Shown here piece after piece: positions 13,321 through 27,179 of a DNA stretch of 64,000 nucleotides. The stretch comes from the human T2T-CHM13v2.0 reference genome, Homo sapiens. Made by a program: the position numbers and the translations under genes. Location of the stretch: NCBI RefSeq assembly GCF_009914755.1, contig NC_060931.1. One strand, written 5' to 3'. The notes beneath the pieces are model-generated. The model made no database searches, was not told where the DNA came from, and saw nothing but the letters and a program-made list of their open reading frames with translations. Position 1 is the first letter of the stretch, and every line of letters begins with the position of its first letter.

Positions 13321-13809
13321 TTAATAATTTTCAAATTGTGTTCCAAGGATCTTGTAGATAATATGTTGGGAAAATCCTGGGATCTATAACATAGAATAGT
13401 TTGGTAATGACTTTCTCAGAAACTTTAATGTGCTAATATGCACCCTGACTTTCCAGAACAAAGTTAAAGTGCAAGTTTTCATAAGCAACTAAAAAGATTC
13501 TAATGGAAAAGGTGGCATCCAAGCCACTGTGTCCTTATTGACACAAATGATGCTTGTTTTGGACATCTGGCTACACAGTTCAGGGAGGTGGGGAGAAGCT
13601 AAAGGAGGTGGAAAGAGGAACAGCACAAGTCTTGAAGATGCAGAAAGTGAGTCCCGTGAGAAGAGAAAAATCAATAGTAAAATGATGTTAAATTAAAAGG
13701 AAAGATGAGTAAAAGGCATTGGATTGATCTCCATTTATATAAAGGACTTTAATGAAGAATTGGAGACCATGGAGGACCAGGTGAGAAAGAGTGACTTAAA
13801 ATTTAAATA

Positions 13810-15570
13810 TTTAATAGTAAGAAAAAAATGTCCATATTAGCTCATGTTATTACCATTCCCAGTGCTCTTCATTCCTATGTGTGAATACAGATTTCCATTT
13901 GGTATCATTTTCATTCTGCCTGAAGGACTTCCTTGAACATTTCTTAGAGTGAGTGTCTAGCGGTGATGAAGTCTTTCAGCTATCATGACTGAAAATGTCT
14001 TTATTTTGCCCTTACTTTGGGATATACTTTTACTGGTCATAAACTCTAGGTTTACAGTTTTTTCTCAGTGCTTTAAAAATGTTTCTCACTGTCCTTCTAC
14101 TTTCACTGTTTTCAAGGAGAACTCTGCTGTAATTCTCGTCTTTGTTTCTCTGTGTGTAATACATTGTTATTCTCTGGATGCTTTCAGGATTTGCCCCTTT
14201 TCACTGGTTTTAAACAATCTGATCGTATGTGTCTTGGTACAGTTTTATGTTTCATTGAGCTTCTTTGATCCATAGATACACAGTTTTCATCAAATTTGGC
14301 AAATTTTCAGTTATTCTTTCTTAAAATGTGTTTTCTGTCCACACCTCTCTCTCCACTGTCTCTTGGAGGCTCCAACTGCATAGGTATTATGCTCTTATAA
14401 TTGCCCTGCAGCTCACTGATGCTTCTTTCATTTTGGGGGGAACAAGAGGAGGGATCCTTTTTACTTTCATTGTTTCACTTTGAATAGTTTCCATTGCTAT
14501 GCCTTTCAGTTTAGTAATCTTTACTTTAGAAATTTCTAATCTGCTGTGGATGCCATCCAGAGTATTTTTTATCTAAGCCATGATAGTTTTCATTTCCTCA
14601 AATTTCATTTGGATCTTTTAAAAATGTCTTCTATGTCTCTACTCAACTTTGTGAACATACTGTAGTACAGTTACAACAAACACGTTAATGTCCTTTTCTG
14701 CCTGCTCCATCATCAGTGTCAGTTTCTATTGATTGACTATTCTCATTCTGGGTCATATTTTTTAGCTTCTTTGCATTGCACATTTGACAACCTTTGATTA
14801 AATGTCAGACATTGTGAATTGTACCCTGCTTGGTGCTGATTATTTTTATATCTCTGTAAATATCTTTGAACTTTATTCTGGGAAGCAGTCAAGTTGCTCT
14901 GAAACAGTCTGGTCCTTTTGGGTCTTGAGTTTGTCATTGTTTAGGTGGGTCCAGAGCAGTGCTCAGTCTAGGGCTATGTATTCCCTACCACTGAGGCATG
15001 ACTTTCCTGAGTACTCCACCAATCTACCACAAATTATGTTTTTTTCCAGTCTGGCTGGTTAGAACAGGCACTATTCACTATCCTGTGTGTGCCCTGGACA
15101 CTGTTCTCTGATCCTTCCAGGTGGTTTTCCCTCAGCCTCAGGTCATTTCCTTAAAAATATATGCTAATCTGTGCTTTGCTGAATACTTGAAAAGGAACCT
15201 CCACAGATCACTCTCTGTGCAGTTCTTGCCTTTTTGGTACTCTGTCTTGCAAACTCTACCTCTCTTCATCTTTCTAGACTCTCAGCTATGTTTCCTGACT
15301 TCAAGGAATCTGTCAAGTTCTATCCAGGCTTTTCCTCCTGATGCTATAGGCTGTGAACTCTCTGAAAAAGGTATTAAGGGACAATGACAGGGCTCATCTC
15401 ATTAGTTTAGTCATCTCAGGAATCACTGTATTTGTTGCCTAATATCTAGTAACTTGAAAACATTTATTTCATATACTTTGTCTGTTTTTCTTGGTTATTT
15501 CAGTAAGAACATATATACAACATATATTCAGTTCTTGTTACTCTATATCTGGTGGAAATAGAAGTTCTTA
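13810..15570 (-). mobile_element. Ancient L1M 5'/ORF1 region
   Basis: T-rich antisense L1 motifs (TCTGCCTGAAGGACTTCC, GAAAATGTCTTTATTTTGCC, CATCAAATTTGG). Confidence 0.75.
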
Positions 15571-15786
15571 ACTTTATATTTTAGCAGAAAGTTTAAGTTA
15601 AATGTAATTTTGTTTTTGCTACCACTTATTATAAAAACAAAAATCATTGAATTGAGAGACCCAGGAATAGTGTAGGGTCCTCATGTTTGGAGATCTTAAC
15701 CAAGGGGACAGATGGCATTAGTTAAGGGGGCTTATTTATTAAAAATTCCTTCTGATGTATGTGACAGAAAATGAATCCAAACCTTC

Positions 15787-15791
<5 letters not shown>

Positions 15792-15826
<35 letters not shown>
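15792..15826. repeat. (AC)17 microsatellite
   Basis: Direct reading. Confidence 0.97.
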
Positions 15827-15827
<1 letters not shown>

Positions 15828-16879
15828 CTTTTTGGCTTAATACTCTTCTGGGAAGTCCAAGGAGCTGAGCTGAGCCAAGCAGATCTATCACTCAAAGTTT
15901 GAATGACAGTTCCAAACACACATGTTCTGTTGACTTGTGAGCCAAGATAAAGAGAACAATCCTCTTCTCAACAGAAATAGTCTGATTATCCCTGTTTGAG
16001 TCATGTGAACACTTCTGGATTAATTAGTTTCCAGAGAAATAAATATTTCAGTTACTCTGAGAGTTTAGTTTAATTTGGAATTTTTTCTCTAGCCTCTCTG
16101 AATTCCCTGACTCCCCACCTATCTCCATGATTGACAGTCTCGTTAGAATCTCATGCAGTCGGGGAGGGACCCTGGCTAGTCAAAAATTTACCTGTGAAAC
16201 AGCAGGGAGCTATATCAGATGATCTGGCAAAATTTCCACCTACTCTAAAAACTTTAGTTCTAAGGATCAAAATGTTATTAAAAGGATTTGAAAAATATCA
16301 ACTATAGGGCTTCAAACAATGCATTATAAATTGATTCTCAAGAATCATTTCTTAAGTCTTTATTGTTTTTCTAATTTTTAAAGTAAAACATGCTTACTAT
16401 TAAAATTTTGGACAATTGAGAAAATCTCACTACTCAGAGAAGACCCCAATAACATTTCAGTGTATGTCTGAATTAATAAATAACTTGATTTATTTGAATT
16501 CAAAGAAAGAAGACCTTAATAAAGACTGTAAGCTCTCTTTATTTTACATGCTTATAGGTGGAGTTGAACACCAAATCCTGGCATTTATGCCCCCAGTAAA
16601 AATGAGCAGATTTTTCCATTAATTATGGCATATGTGCACTTGTGAAGGTCTTATGCCTCTAATTACTTGCTAATGTCTGCTCTGCCCTGTGCACTACTCA
16701 ATAAGATGCACATCATTCAGGTCCAGTCATTGCTGCTGTATTCTGTTGCATCCAAGCTTCAATATAATTTGCATTTTATTTTGATGTATTTCAGAAGAAT
16801 CTTATATACATGCAGGAGTGGTGAGGTATGTGTTGAATGAAACCCATGGTTAATTTTGTGTTGATTCTACTTATCCAAT

Positions 16880-17640
16880 TCCTGCATTCATCCTTCATTT
16901 ACTCATGTATTCAATTACCTTTTATGGAATTCATACTATGTTTCAGGGACTTACAGGGTAGTTGAGAAGTAAATGTGAACAAAATAGACATAATTTATTT
17001 CTGCTCATAGCTTGACATTTAGTGGAAAATATGGAAAAAATAAACAAGTCAATGAAATAATTACAAGTGCTATGAAGGAAGCAGAGTGCTGAGACTTACA
17101 GAATTTAGACAAGGCAAGGTTCTTCTCTGCTTTAAACCTTCCAGAGCTCCCCATGGGCTGTGCAATGCAGTTCCAAGTCCTTAGCATGGCATTCAAGGCT
17201 CTTTAAAACATCACATCTTGCCTGATGTTCCCGGCCACTGATGCTCTCAATACTCCAGGCACAACTAATTACTGGCCACTCCCTGGACATGTGTGTTGTG
17301 CCAAGGAGCTCAGATATTGACCTGTCAGTGATAGGAGTGGTTCTAAGCATGGTGGTGACACATTCTCATCCAATGTACACTGTGGATGGTAATTCTGCAG
17401 TCTGTAAGAGGGCCTGGTCAGGGAGAGACACGAGAACCTGTTAGAAAGCATCAATAGGGCTTCAGCAAGAGGATGGCGTGGCCTGACATGTGAGTGGGAA
17501 GCACAGATCTATGAGATACTGAAGTGATCCATTCTTTAAGACTTGGTCATGGATTGGCTGTGAGGGCGAGGAAAAGGGGATAGCAAATGACTTCCAGCTC
17601 CTAGCCTTGAACAGGTTGGTGAGCTGCAGACTGAGGCAGT
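16880..17640. mobile_element. L2 fragments
   Basis: CATTCATCC..ATTCAA 3'-end-like motif, GTCCTTAGCATGGCATTCAAGGC, AGACTTGGTCATGGATTGG. Confidence 0.5.
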
Positions 17641-18429
17641 AAAAGTCACAGAAAAGTGGTCTTAACGTAGTAACACTCCTTTAATCAACATATACATTCT
17701 TCCAGAGAAAAGTAAGAAATAGTTTTTTTCCTCTGGGACTGGTTAGAATCTTACGAGAAAAGTATCCAGACTTCTTGCCAGTGGTGCTTGCACATCAAAG
17801 GGCGTGGCGAGAGGATTATGTTACGAGCCTCTCATCTGGGGGTTCACAACTGTGATCTGCAGGCTGCAACTTGCTTCTAAACAGAGCTAATTTTTCTTGC
17901 ATTTTTCAACTGGGAAGTTCTCCACAGAATTCCTACTTTTCATATTTGAAAAATCAAGATGATTTGCTAATATTCTGACATGACAACAACTGGCTAAAAT
18001 TGAGGGGTGACCTTCTCCTTCCGAAGGCATCTGCACCTTTGGTTCACCACAAACCTCACCACTCCCTAATGTCTATCTCGACTGCAGACTGAGTCCTCAG
18101 TGACTGCCATGTTGCAGGGCCCCTGTGCGATAAGTGCAGGGACATGGAAGTCTGAGACCACAGAGCACATGGGTGATCACGGCTGTAAACACACAATCCA
18201 TCTTCCCTAATTGCCAAGGAGGCTTGAATTTCCTCCAAGGTGCTCCACCAGCTGCCTTTCCCCTGGTAGTGCTCCCAGGCCATAGCTGCTCTCCCCACCC
18301 AGTGTATGCTGGTGTCTTGGTTGGATTGAACTCAACACTGCACCCTGTACCAAGGAGTCCTGCAGGTTAACTGCAGCCTATCAACTATTTAAGCACTATT
18401 AACAGTAATATTTTCCATATTAACAGGAA

Positions 18430-18625
18430 CAAGTATCAACCACTCATTATATTCTAGGCACTCTTCCAAGGGCTTTGCACGTATACAGGACTCCTTGAAT
18501 GAACCTGGGGTAGACACATTATTCCCATCTTATAGATGTGGAAACACACAGAGAAGTACCTTATGCAAGGTTACATGGTGTGTGATTAGCGAGAAAGAGG
18601 ATGCTAGATTAAACCCTTGGCAGTA
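18430..18625 (-). mobile_element. MIR
   Basis: ATTATTCCCATCTTATAGATGTGGAAAC. Confidence 0.65.
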
Positions 18626-18851
18626 CTGAAGTATCTCTTGACGTGTACTATTGTTTTTAAATACAATACTGTTATTTTTAAATAAAAATTATTCCTGTTT
18701 TACTAATTTTTCAAGTTTAGTGATGCATACTTGAAATCTTCCAATGGTCACATCAATCTGAAATCACTGATTAATTCTAAATGGTGTGCCATATGGAGCT
18801 TTCCTGTCCTGTGTCTTTGTGCACGTGTTTCTCTCACAAGAATTGTGGTTC

Positions 18852-18877
18852 CCTCCTCCTCCTCCTCCTCCTCCTCC
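18852..18877. repeat. (CCT)n microsatellite
   Basis: About 8 units read directly. Confidence 0.9.
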
Positions 18878-19169
18878 CATGCAAGTCCTGAGTCACATGT
18901 CCTCTGTTCTGGGCAGCTTCTGGTAGCAATTTGCATATGCCTTTACAGTTGACATGGCCACATTTTCTGAGATGGTCTTGATTTTAAATATTTGGCCCCA
19001 CTGTTATACTTTCTCATACCTTGGAGCCAGATTGTGGATCCTTGATTCAGAATATGTGACTGACATATTTATAGCCCTTTCCATCTCTATTGAGTTGGAA
19101 CACTCAGTGGGAGTGGGGGGAAGATGCTGAAGAGTGACTTTCCCATCTCTTGCCTTGGCTCCTCTGCCC

Positions 19170-19745
19170 ACCACATTCATGATGATGTTGCTCACGGTTC
19201 TCCCCTTGACACTTGCTTTTTCGTCTTTACCTACTCTCTGTGATCTTAACGGCCTCCATGCTGTTGACTCCCAAACATTTGTGTATTCCATCTCCCTGAG
19301 CTTTATAGACTCAACTGTCTGCTGAACACATTTGTATATTCCATAAGCTTCCCCAAATCAGTATGTCAAAAACTGAATTCATAAACTCCCTTTATTCCCC
19401 AAACTGGCTTTTATTCCTCATTTTTGCTGCAAAATCACCATCCACCTAAGTTTCTCCCACTGCATTGTCCCCCCAACATCCAACCAATCACCAGATCTTG
19501 CCACTTTTGCCTCTTGTGTATTTCTGGCAGCTGTCACCTCTCTCGCACCCTATTTCTGTGGTCCTGGTTAGGCTCAGGATCCATGGCCTCTCACTGGGGC
19601 CATGACAGTGGCCTTTCACTTAGGGTCCTGTGTGGCAGGCTCCTGCAGGCTTCTCCAGACTCCAAGTCTACAGTGCAGATCTTGCCTTCTGTGCCCCAGT
19701 GGCTTTAAGGGGGCTGTCTTTACTGTGTTCCCACTTAAAAGTGTT
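19170..19745 (+). mobile_element. L2 fragment
   Basis: GCTGTTGACTCCCAAA...CCCTGAGCTTTATAGACTC...ATCCAACCAATCACCAG. Confidence 0.65.
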
Positions 19746-19825
19746 CCCACTTTTAAGGCTGGTAATTCCCACCACACACCTTGTTTCAGTGCCTATTCAT
19801 TTGCTAATTGGTTTCCTTATGTTGA

Positions 19826-22425
19826 TGTATTAGTTTGCTAATGCTGCTCTAACAAAATGCCACAAACTGACTGGCTTAAAACAATAGATGTGTATTCCCA
19901 AACAGTTCCGGAGAGTAGGATTCTGAAATCAAGGTGTCAGCAGAGCTGTATGAGTCCATTCTTGCACTGCTATAAAGAAATACCCGAAACTGGGTAATTC
20001 ATAAAGAAAAGGTTTAATTGGCTCATGGTTCCGTTGGCTGTTCAGGAAGCATAGTGGCTTGGGCTTTTGGGAAGACCTCGGGTAACTTAAAATCACGGAG
20101 GAAGGTGAAGGGGAAGCAGGCACGTCTTACATGGCCAGAGCAGGAGCAAGAGAGAGAGGTGGGAGGTACCACACACTTTTAAACAATGAGATCTCATGAT
20201 AACTCACTCACTATACCATAACAAAGGGGATGGCTCTAAATCATTAATGAGAACTCCACCTCCATGATCCAATCACCTCCCACCAGACCCTACCTCCGAA
20301 ACTGGGAATTACAATGAGACTTGAGATTTGGACAGGGTCATATCCAGACCATGATTCTACCCCTGCCCCCTCCCAAATTTTATGTCCTTCTCAAATTTCA
20401 AAATACAATCATGCCTTCCCAACAGTCCCCTAAAGTCTTAACTTATTCCAACATTAACTCAAAACTCCAAAGTCCAAAGTGTCATCTGAGACAAGGCTAG
20501 TCCTTTCCATCTATGATCCTGTAAAATAAAAAAACAAATTAGTTACTCCCAAGATACAATGTGGGTACAGGCATTGGGTAAATACTCCCAAAAGGGAGAA
20601 TGTGGTCAAAATAAAAGGGCTACAGGCCCCATGCAAGTCCAAAACTCAGCAGGGCAGTCATTAAACCTCAAAGCTCCAAAATAATCTCCTTTAACCCCAC
20701 GTCTCACATCCAGGGCACACTGGTGCAAGGAATGGGCTCCCAAGGCCTTGGGCAGCTCCAACCCCGTGGCGTTGCAGAGTTCAGCCTCTGCTGCTGCTCT
20801 CAAGAACTGATGTTGAGTGCCTGCAGCTTTTCCAGGTAGAGGGTGCAACCTGCTGGCGAATCTATCATTCTGGGGTCTGGAGGATGGTGGCCCTCTGTTC
20901 ACAGCTCCACTAGGTAGTGCCCCACTACCCAACTCCACATTTCTTGTCTGCACTGCCCTAGTAGAGGTTCTCCATGAGGCTCTGCTCCTGGAGCAGGCTT
21001 CTGTCTGGACATCCAGGCTTTTCCATACAACCTCTGAAATCCAGGCAGAAGTTCCCACACCTCAATTCTTGCACTGTGTGCACCTGCAGGCTTAACACTA
21101 TGTGAATGCTTCTAAGGCTTATTGCTTGCACCCTCTAGAGCAGCTACCTGAGTTATAAATGGGTCCCTTTGAGCTACAGCTGGAGCTGGACTGGCTGGGA
21201 TGCAGGTAGCAGTGTCTGGAGGCTGTGTTGGGCAGTGGGGCCCTGGTCCTGGACCAAAAACTATGCAGTCCTCCCAGGCCTCTGGGCCTGTGATGGGAGG
21301 GGCTGCCACAATGCTCTCTGAAGTGCCTTCAAAGCCTTCTCCCCATTGTCCTATCAGCACTTGGCTCATCTTATGCAAATTTCTGCATCTAGCTTAAATT
21401 CATTCCCAGGAAAGAGGTTCTTTTTTTGTACCACAAGGCCAGGCTGCAAATTTTCCAGTTTTACACTCTGCTTCCCTTTTAAATGTAAGTTCCAGTTTCA
21501 GGTCATTACATTGCTCATGCATGTGAGCACAGGCTGTTTGAAGCAGTTAGGTCACCTTGAATATTTTGTTGGTTAGAAATTTTTTCTGCCAGATACCCTA
21601 AATCATCACTCTCAAGTTCAAGGTCCCACAGATCCTTAGCTCTTTGCTAACACATAACAAAAGTGACATTTTCTCCAGTTGCCAATATATTCTTCATCTC
21701 TGTCTGAGACCTGGGCCTCATTGTCCATATGAGTATTTTGGTCACAACCATTCAGTAAGTCTCTAGGAAGTTCAAACTTTCCCTCATCTTTGTCCTCTTC
21801 TGAGCTCTCCGTACTCCTCCAACCTCTGCTTATTACCCGATTCCAAGGTTGATTCCACATTTTCAGGTATCTTTATAGCAATGCACCACTCCAAGTACCA
21901 ATTTTCTGTATTAGTCTGTTCTTGCATTGCTATAAAGAAATACCCAAGACTGGGTAATTTATAAGAAGGTTTAACGGCTCATAGTTCTGCAGGCTGTACA
22001 AGCAGCATAGTGGCTTCTACTTCTGGGCAGGCCTCAGGAAACTTATAATCATGGCAGAAGGCAAAGGAAAAGCAGGCATGTCTTACATGGCAAGAGCAGG
22101 AGGAAGAGAGTCGGGAGGTGCCACACACTTTAAAAAAAAAAAAACAGATCATGACCACTCTCCCACTATAAAACCAGTACTAATGAGGCATGGTGCTAAA
22201 CCACTCATGAGAACTCTGCCACCATGATCCAATCACCTCCCACCAGGCCCTACCTCCAACACTGGGAATTACAATCCGACATGATTTTGGGTGGGGACAC
22301 AGAGCCAAACCGTATCAATGGCCATGCTCATGTTCCAGTTTCTGTGGTTGTAGGCAATGCTTGGTGTTCCCTGGTGTGCAGCTACATAACTCTAATTTCT
22401 GCCTCCATCATCACACAGCAACTTT
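19826..22425 (-). mobile_element. MLT1-type LTR split by the MST provirus (19826-19946 and 22318-22425)
   Basis: TGTATTAGTTTGCT..TAACAAAATGCCACAAACT..GGCTTAAAACAA..AAATCAAGGTGTCAGCAG, resuming as GCCATGCTC after the insertion. Confidence 0.75.
19947..22317 (-). mobile_element. Two-LTR MST (MSTA-like) MaLR provirus: LTR 19947-20354, internal 20355-21906, LTR 21907-22317
   Basis: Two ~410-bp direct repeats flank a 1.55-kb MaLR internal region; decayed internal ORF remnant SWRTSTRAVQ..GALPSGAV..GPPSSRPQN. Confidence 0.92.
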
Positions 22426-22823
22426 TCAAAAAAAAAAAAGAAAGAAAAAGAAAAGAAAAAAGTAGTAAGGAAGATAGAGTTGTACTCATGTAAGGCTCAG
22501 GTTTTGTCAGTTATAAGTTAATGACAACAGGGCAAAAGGAGTTTAAGATATTGCCATGATAGTGGCAGAAGTATTAAGATGACAGATCTGAGCTGGATGG
22601 AGAGGTAAGTGAAAAGGTTACTAATGGAACTACTAATGAGAATTAAAAAACTGGCATATTGGGTTTGACTCTCAAACTTTCCAAAGCTCTTCGTATTTAT
22701 CTGCTTTAATCCAACAGTTTTATCACCAACTATACAGTGTGCTGTGCTACACTGCAGGGGGATGCAGCCGTAAATAAGACAATCAACACTGATCATTTTG
22801 TAGAAAAGCATGAAGACTAATAA

Positions 22824-23129
<306 letters not shown>

Positions 23130-23769
23130 AAAACTAGTAATAGTCAATAGAATGATCAGTACAATTAATAAGATCTAGGTACAAGGTAGTAAAAATGTGA
23201 GAAAGGATACTTTTCACCTCATGGTAAGACATGGTTATCAGGAAACATTCTTTAAAAACTGCCTTAAATAGCTCTTGAGACAGCTGCAAGTAAAGTTGGG
23301 ATGAAGAAACCATTCTGAGTAGCATGAATAGCATAAAAAAGCATAAAGCATAGCGAAAGCCTAATCAGAAGATAAGGCTTATGGAAAAACAATGCAAGGT
23401 AGGGCTGTAAAGGTAATTTAAAGCCAAATTAGAGAGAGCCTTAAATGTGGTAAGGAATCTGGACTTCATTCAGTAGGCAGTGGAGGGGCAGTTCAAGTCT
23501 ATAAACATGATCAATGATGTGCTCTAAAAAGAAACCATTTTGTTTGGGGTGAGGTTCAGGCATCATCTCAAGCTTCTAAAGATGATGATCAGAATCAGAT
23601 GATTCTAACATGCCAGCAGGGTAGAAAGACACTAGCCTAAGGAAAGCCTATGCATATCTCTCAATCTTCATCAAACAAAATTTGGAAGAAACCACCTATT
23701 ACTAGCTAAGTTTGACCTAGCAAAATCAAAATTTAAAAAGCAGACCATTCCCATAACAAAAGAAAAATA

Positions 23770-24946
23770 GATATTGAATATATACAATTTATTTAATAAA
23801 TTAATGTCATTCAAAATACAGTGCCAGAACATGGTGCAGTTGAACATGCTAGTAATGTTTGTCATGAAGCACCTGTGCTCATGTTAGATTGGCGGCGCCC
23901 CACTACTGCTAGTGGTTCCTGGGATTAATGCCAGAGCAGCGCTAGTTATCTGCTCTTCTGCACAGCTAGTGCAGAGAATTCCTGAACAGTTCACCTTACT
24001 AATCCTAACCCCCACACGCACACAACAGGTTAAAAAAAACACACCCTGACAGCTAACAGATCTATACACAATCACTCTACAGTAATGCTTGTTATTAAAT
24101 TAAGATGTAATGACCTGGTTAACCCACTCTAAATCTTGAAGATGGAGAACTACATCAGCAGCAGATAGTTATATGCATGAGCCAATGTTAACATAATACA
24201 GAAAGTGGAGGCTTTTTCTGATTAAAGCTCCACGCAGACCCGCACAATGAGTGGCTGGCAATTCTTACTGCAAGCCCAGCAACTTAAGTCCACACCTGGT
24301 AAATGACCAGCTGACTGGAAGACCTGTATTCTAGATAGACAAGTATAAGTTAGTGAAAAGAGAATACATGCACCTAATAGTATAGTTAGACTGATCCTGC
24401 AGTCATAGCTTTCCCTGTGTAATACCATAAAATTATGGAAGATCTTCCTCAACTAGAGTATAGGATTTAGACATTTCTATACCAACACGGACATTAGTGT
24501 TAAGTGCAGTTGAATTAATTACACTGAAAACTGTATTCCAGGACTTCAGAACAGAAGCACGGGAATGAAACACACATACTAAAATAACCTCAGCACAATT
24601 TGTGATACATCACACTAGGAACAGGAAACTACTTTTATAAATGAACTTTTTGAACTGTACATACACAGGGCTAACAATGTTAGATAATCCAGATTCTTAT
24701 ACTCTCATGATTACACATAAAGTTTCTCAATTATTGAATAATCTATTTCATATTATGGAAGCATATCTTTCTGTAAGACTCACTGATATATATTATACTG
24801 ATGCAAATATTAAGTAGGGCATAAAAATAAAATTTATCAAAGATAGAATTTTATGTACTCATATTTAGTTCTTTCATAGCCTCTTTTGTTTAGCAAAGAA
24901 AATGACAAAGCACATAACTCAGGCGTGCACTCCCTGAACTTCCCCA
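23770..24946 (-). other. KBTBD2: KBTBD2 3' UTR
   Basis: AT-rich repeat-free sequence between the stop codon and the first minus-strand AATAAA; cleavage site estimated. Confidence 0.8.
23788..23797 (-). terminator. KBTBD2 polyadenylation signal
   Basis: Minus-strand AATAAA (23793-23788) overlapping ATTAAA (23797-23792), followed by a U/GU-rich downstream element (CTATTTTTCTTTTGTTATG). Confidence 0.8.
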
Positions 24947-26482
24947 CTATACAGGTGGTAGTGCAACCATTTCTCCATCCAGTTCAAACTCTTCTGTCCC
25001 ATCCGTTGAAAAAAGATAAGTTGGTGGTTTCCATGGAGACTCTTCAAGGCAGGATGGATAGAGTTTCCCCACAGTGCATCGAAAATCTCTCCCCAAGTCC
25101 CACAGTACACGTTCAGATATATGCTGCCGCAGAGACCACCGGTCAAGTTCCAGGTCATATTGGTAGGTGACGTATTTAGCTCGCTCATTTAAGTGGGTTT
25201 CTCGCATAAACACACATAGAGAATTTGAGATCACAACAGCTCTAACACAGGGGTCAGAGTACCTCTTAGCAGGGATGTTGGCTGCCATTTTCCACTCATT
25301 TTTATTCACATCATAAATTTCCACAGTTACTGAAGACCCATCTACAGTGCCAGAGGGGAGTCTTATGCCGGAATTGGTAGCAATATGCAACCCTCCAATA
25401 TAGAAAATTTTATCACCAAAAGCTGCAGCTGAAGCAAAGGACCTACTAGTCTGTCTCATGGCCATTTCTACCCATGAGTCAGACCTTGGAAAATAACAGT
25501 ACATGAGGTTCAGTGTCATCACATAAATGCAGTCATGAACCACAACTGCTGCACTCCATTGCCAAGCACAAGGTAAAGGGCTTACCATCGTCCACTCATC
25601 TTTCTCAGTGTCGTATCTTTCTACGGTCCTCCGATTAAGTTCTCCACCTACGCTATCTCCTCCAATTGCATAGATATAGCCTTCACAGCAAACCAAAGAT
25701 GGCTTTATGCGGACAAAAAGCATTGGGGTCTTTGGAAACCAGGTATTTTGCTGTGCATCAAACCAATAAAAGCAATTCACAGTTCTGAAGGCAGTCTGAA
25801 GTTTGCTTGTTTTACTGTGATTTGTTTTTGTGTTTTTCAGAGGAACTTGACCCCCTGCTATGTAGATATCATTATCAGGAGTTACAACGGTCCCAACCTT
25901 ATGCAAATCAGCTGGTGGGCTACATAACTTGTAAACTTTTTCTGCTTGGGGGCTGTAACAGACAGAAGAGTAAAGACTACAAGGATTTTCTGAAGATGCT
26001 TCAATGAAAATCATCATTTCCTCTTTAGTCATCCCAAGTCTTGGTTTGAAAAACTTGGGCATGGACTTATACAGACCTTGAACCACCACTGACTTATCAT
26101 TGGGTGGCAGACCTTGAAACCAAGCTCTCTGTGTTACTTCTGAAAGTGCATCAATTCTGATTTGGCTAAGAACAGAAGACAAATACTGGGATCGTGATTC
26201 TGTGTTATACTCTAGCCACAGCATAGCAGCTTCTCGAACGGTTTCTTCCTTTTCTACATTTAAATTGTCACTACTGAGAATATCTATCAGTAGGTCATGT
26301 GACAGCTGCATGAACGCGTCCTGATGATACACAGCAGTGAACTTGTGCTCCACCATTCTTTTAGCACTCTGTTTTAATTCCTCACAACTGAAGAGATCAG
26401 CAAAACTCAACAATCGTACACAATTCTCTGCATTTATTTTTTTAATTAAATATTCTCGACAACGTTGTAACACATCTTCTAC
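24947..26482 (-). CDS. KBTBD2: KBTBD2 exon 4 coding part, BACK domain and Kelch repeats
   Basis: Acceptor TTCTCATTCTAG|GTAGAAGAT extends the 508-aa ORF by VED. Kelch GG..Y..W motifs present. 170+166+1536=1872 nt = 623 aa plus stop, matching the known KBTBD2 length. Confidence 0.97.
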   Translation of the reverse strand, partial: VEDVLQRCREYLIKKINAENCVRLLSFADLFSCEELKQSAKRMVEHKFTAVYHQDAFMQLSHDLLIDILSSDNLNVEKEETVREAAMLWLEYNTESRSQYLSSVLSQIRIDALSEVTQRAWFQGLPPNDKSVVVQGLYKSMPKFFKPRLGMTKEEMMIFIEASSENPCSLYSSVCYSPQAEKVYKLCSPPADLHKVGTVVTPDNDIYIAGGQVPLKNTKTNHSKTSKLQTAFRTVNCFYWFDAQQNTWFPKTPMLFVRIKPSLVCCEGYIYAIGGDSVGGELNRRTVERYDTEKDEWTMVSPLPCAWQWSAAVVVHDCIYVMTLNLMYCYFPRSDSWVEMAMRQTSRSFASAAAFGDKIFYIGGLHIATNSGIRLPSGTVDGSSVTVEIYDVNKNEWKMAANIPAKRYSDPCVRAVVISNSLCVFMRETHLNERAKYVTYQYDLELDRWSLRQHISERVLWDLGRDFRCTVGKLYPSCLEESPWKPPTYLFSTDGTEEFELDGEMVALPPV

Positions 26483-27179
26483 CTAGAATGAGAAGGAAAA
26501 AAAAAACAGGCTGATAGGGCCAGGACAGACACATTTTACTTTTATGTAAGACGTAAGTATATTAATCAGATGCCCATAGTGTAATTTTTATTTTCAGATA
26601 CACACATCTGGGCTGAGATAAGGTCTTCTGGTAGTAATAAACTCAGAAGACTATAAAATTTTGCAGTATTTTTTCCTGCTCAGTGGCCTACTTAACTGTT
26701 CTATTTAGGAACCAGCAGTACAACAATAAATAGGCTCTTAAAAAACAAAACAGCCTTAAAGAATAGGTAAGGAAATTCACACATAAGTCATACTTTCCTA
26801 GACTTTATATATAATTGAGAGAACTATATGAAAAAATGTAAATAAATCATAGTATAGAGAAAATTATTGTTGTTGAATAACTGGATTCTGGTTTCCTCAA
26901 TTTGAACACAGTCACATAAAACCAGAAAATCATGCACAATGAGTAAGAGTAGTTATTTGCCATTCTTATCGAGAGGTAAGATAACAAAGCAACACGAAAT
27001 AGACTTACGTGCAGTTATAAATCACCTACATTTAAATGACCCATCTTAGCCACTGTAAGCTTCCTAGATTTGTTTTTTCTTAAGAAGGTAGATCTCAGTT
27101 GAATCAGATGTGCTACCCACTATACTTATTCAGCATCACAGTGATTAACTAGAAACTGTTTACACTGACAAGTCAGGTT

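Noticed and set aside
20606-21860. ORFs inside the MST internal region
   Set aside because: Fragmented remnants of the MaLR ORF spread across frames; no intact gag, pol or env.
24157-24163. miR-15/16 seed match TGCTGCT in the 3' UTR
   Set aside because: A single 7-mer in 1.2 kb is weak evidence without conservation data.
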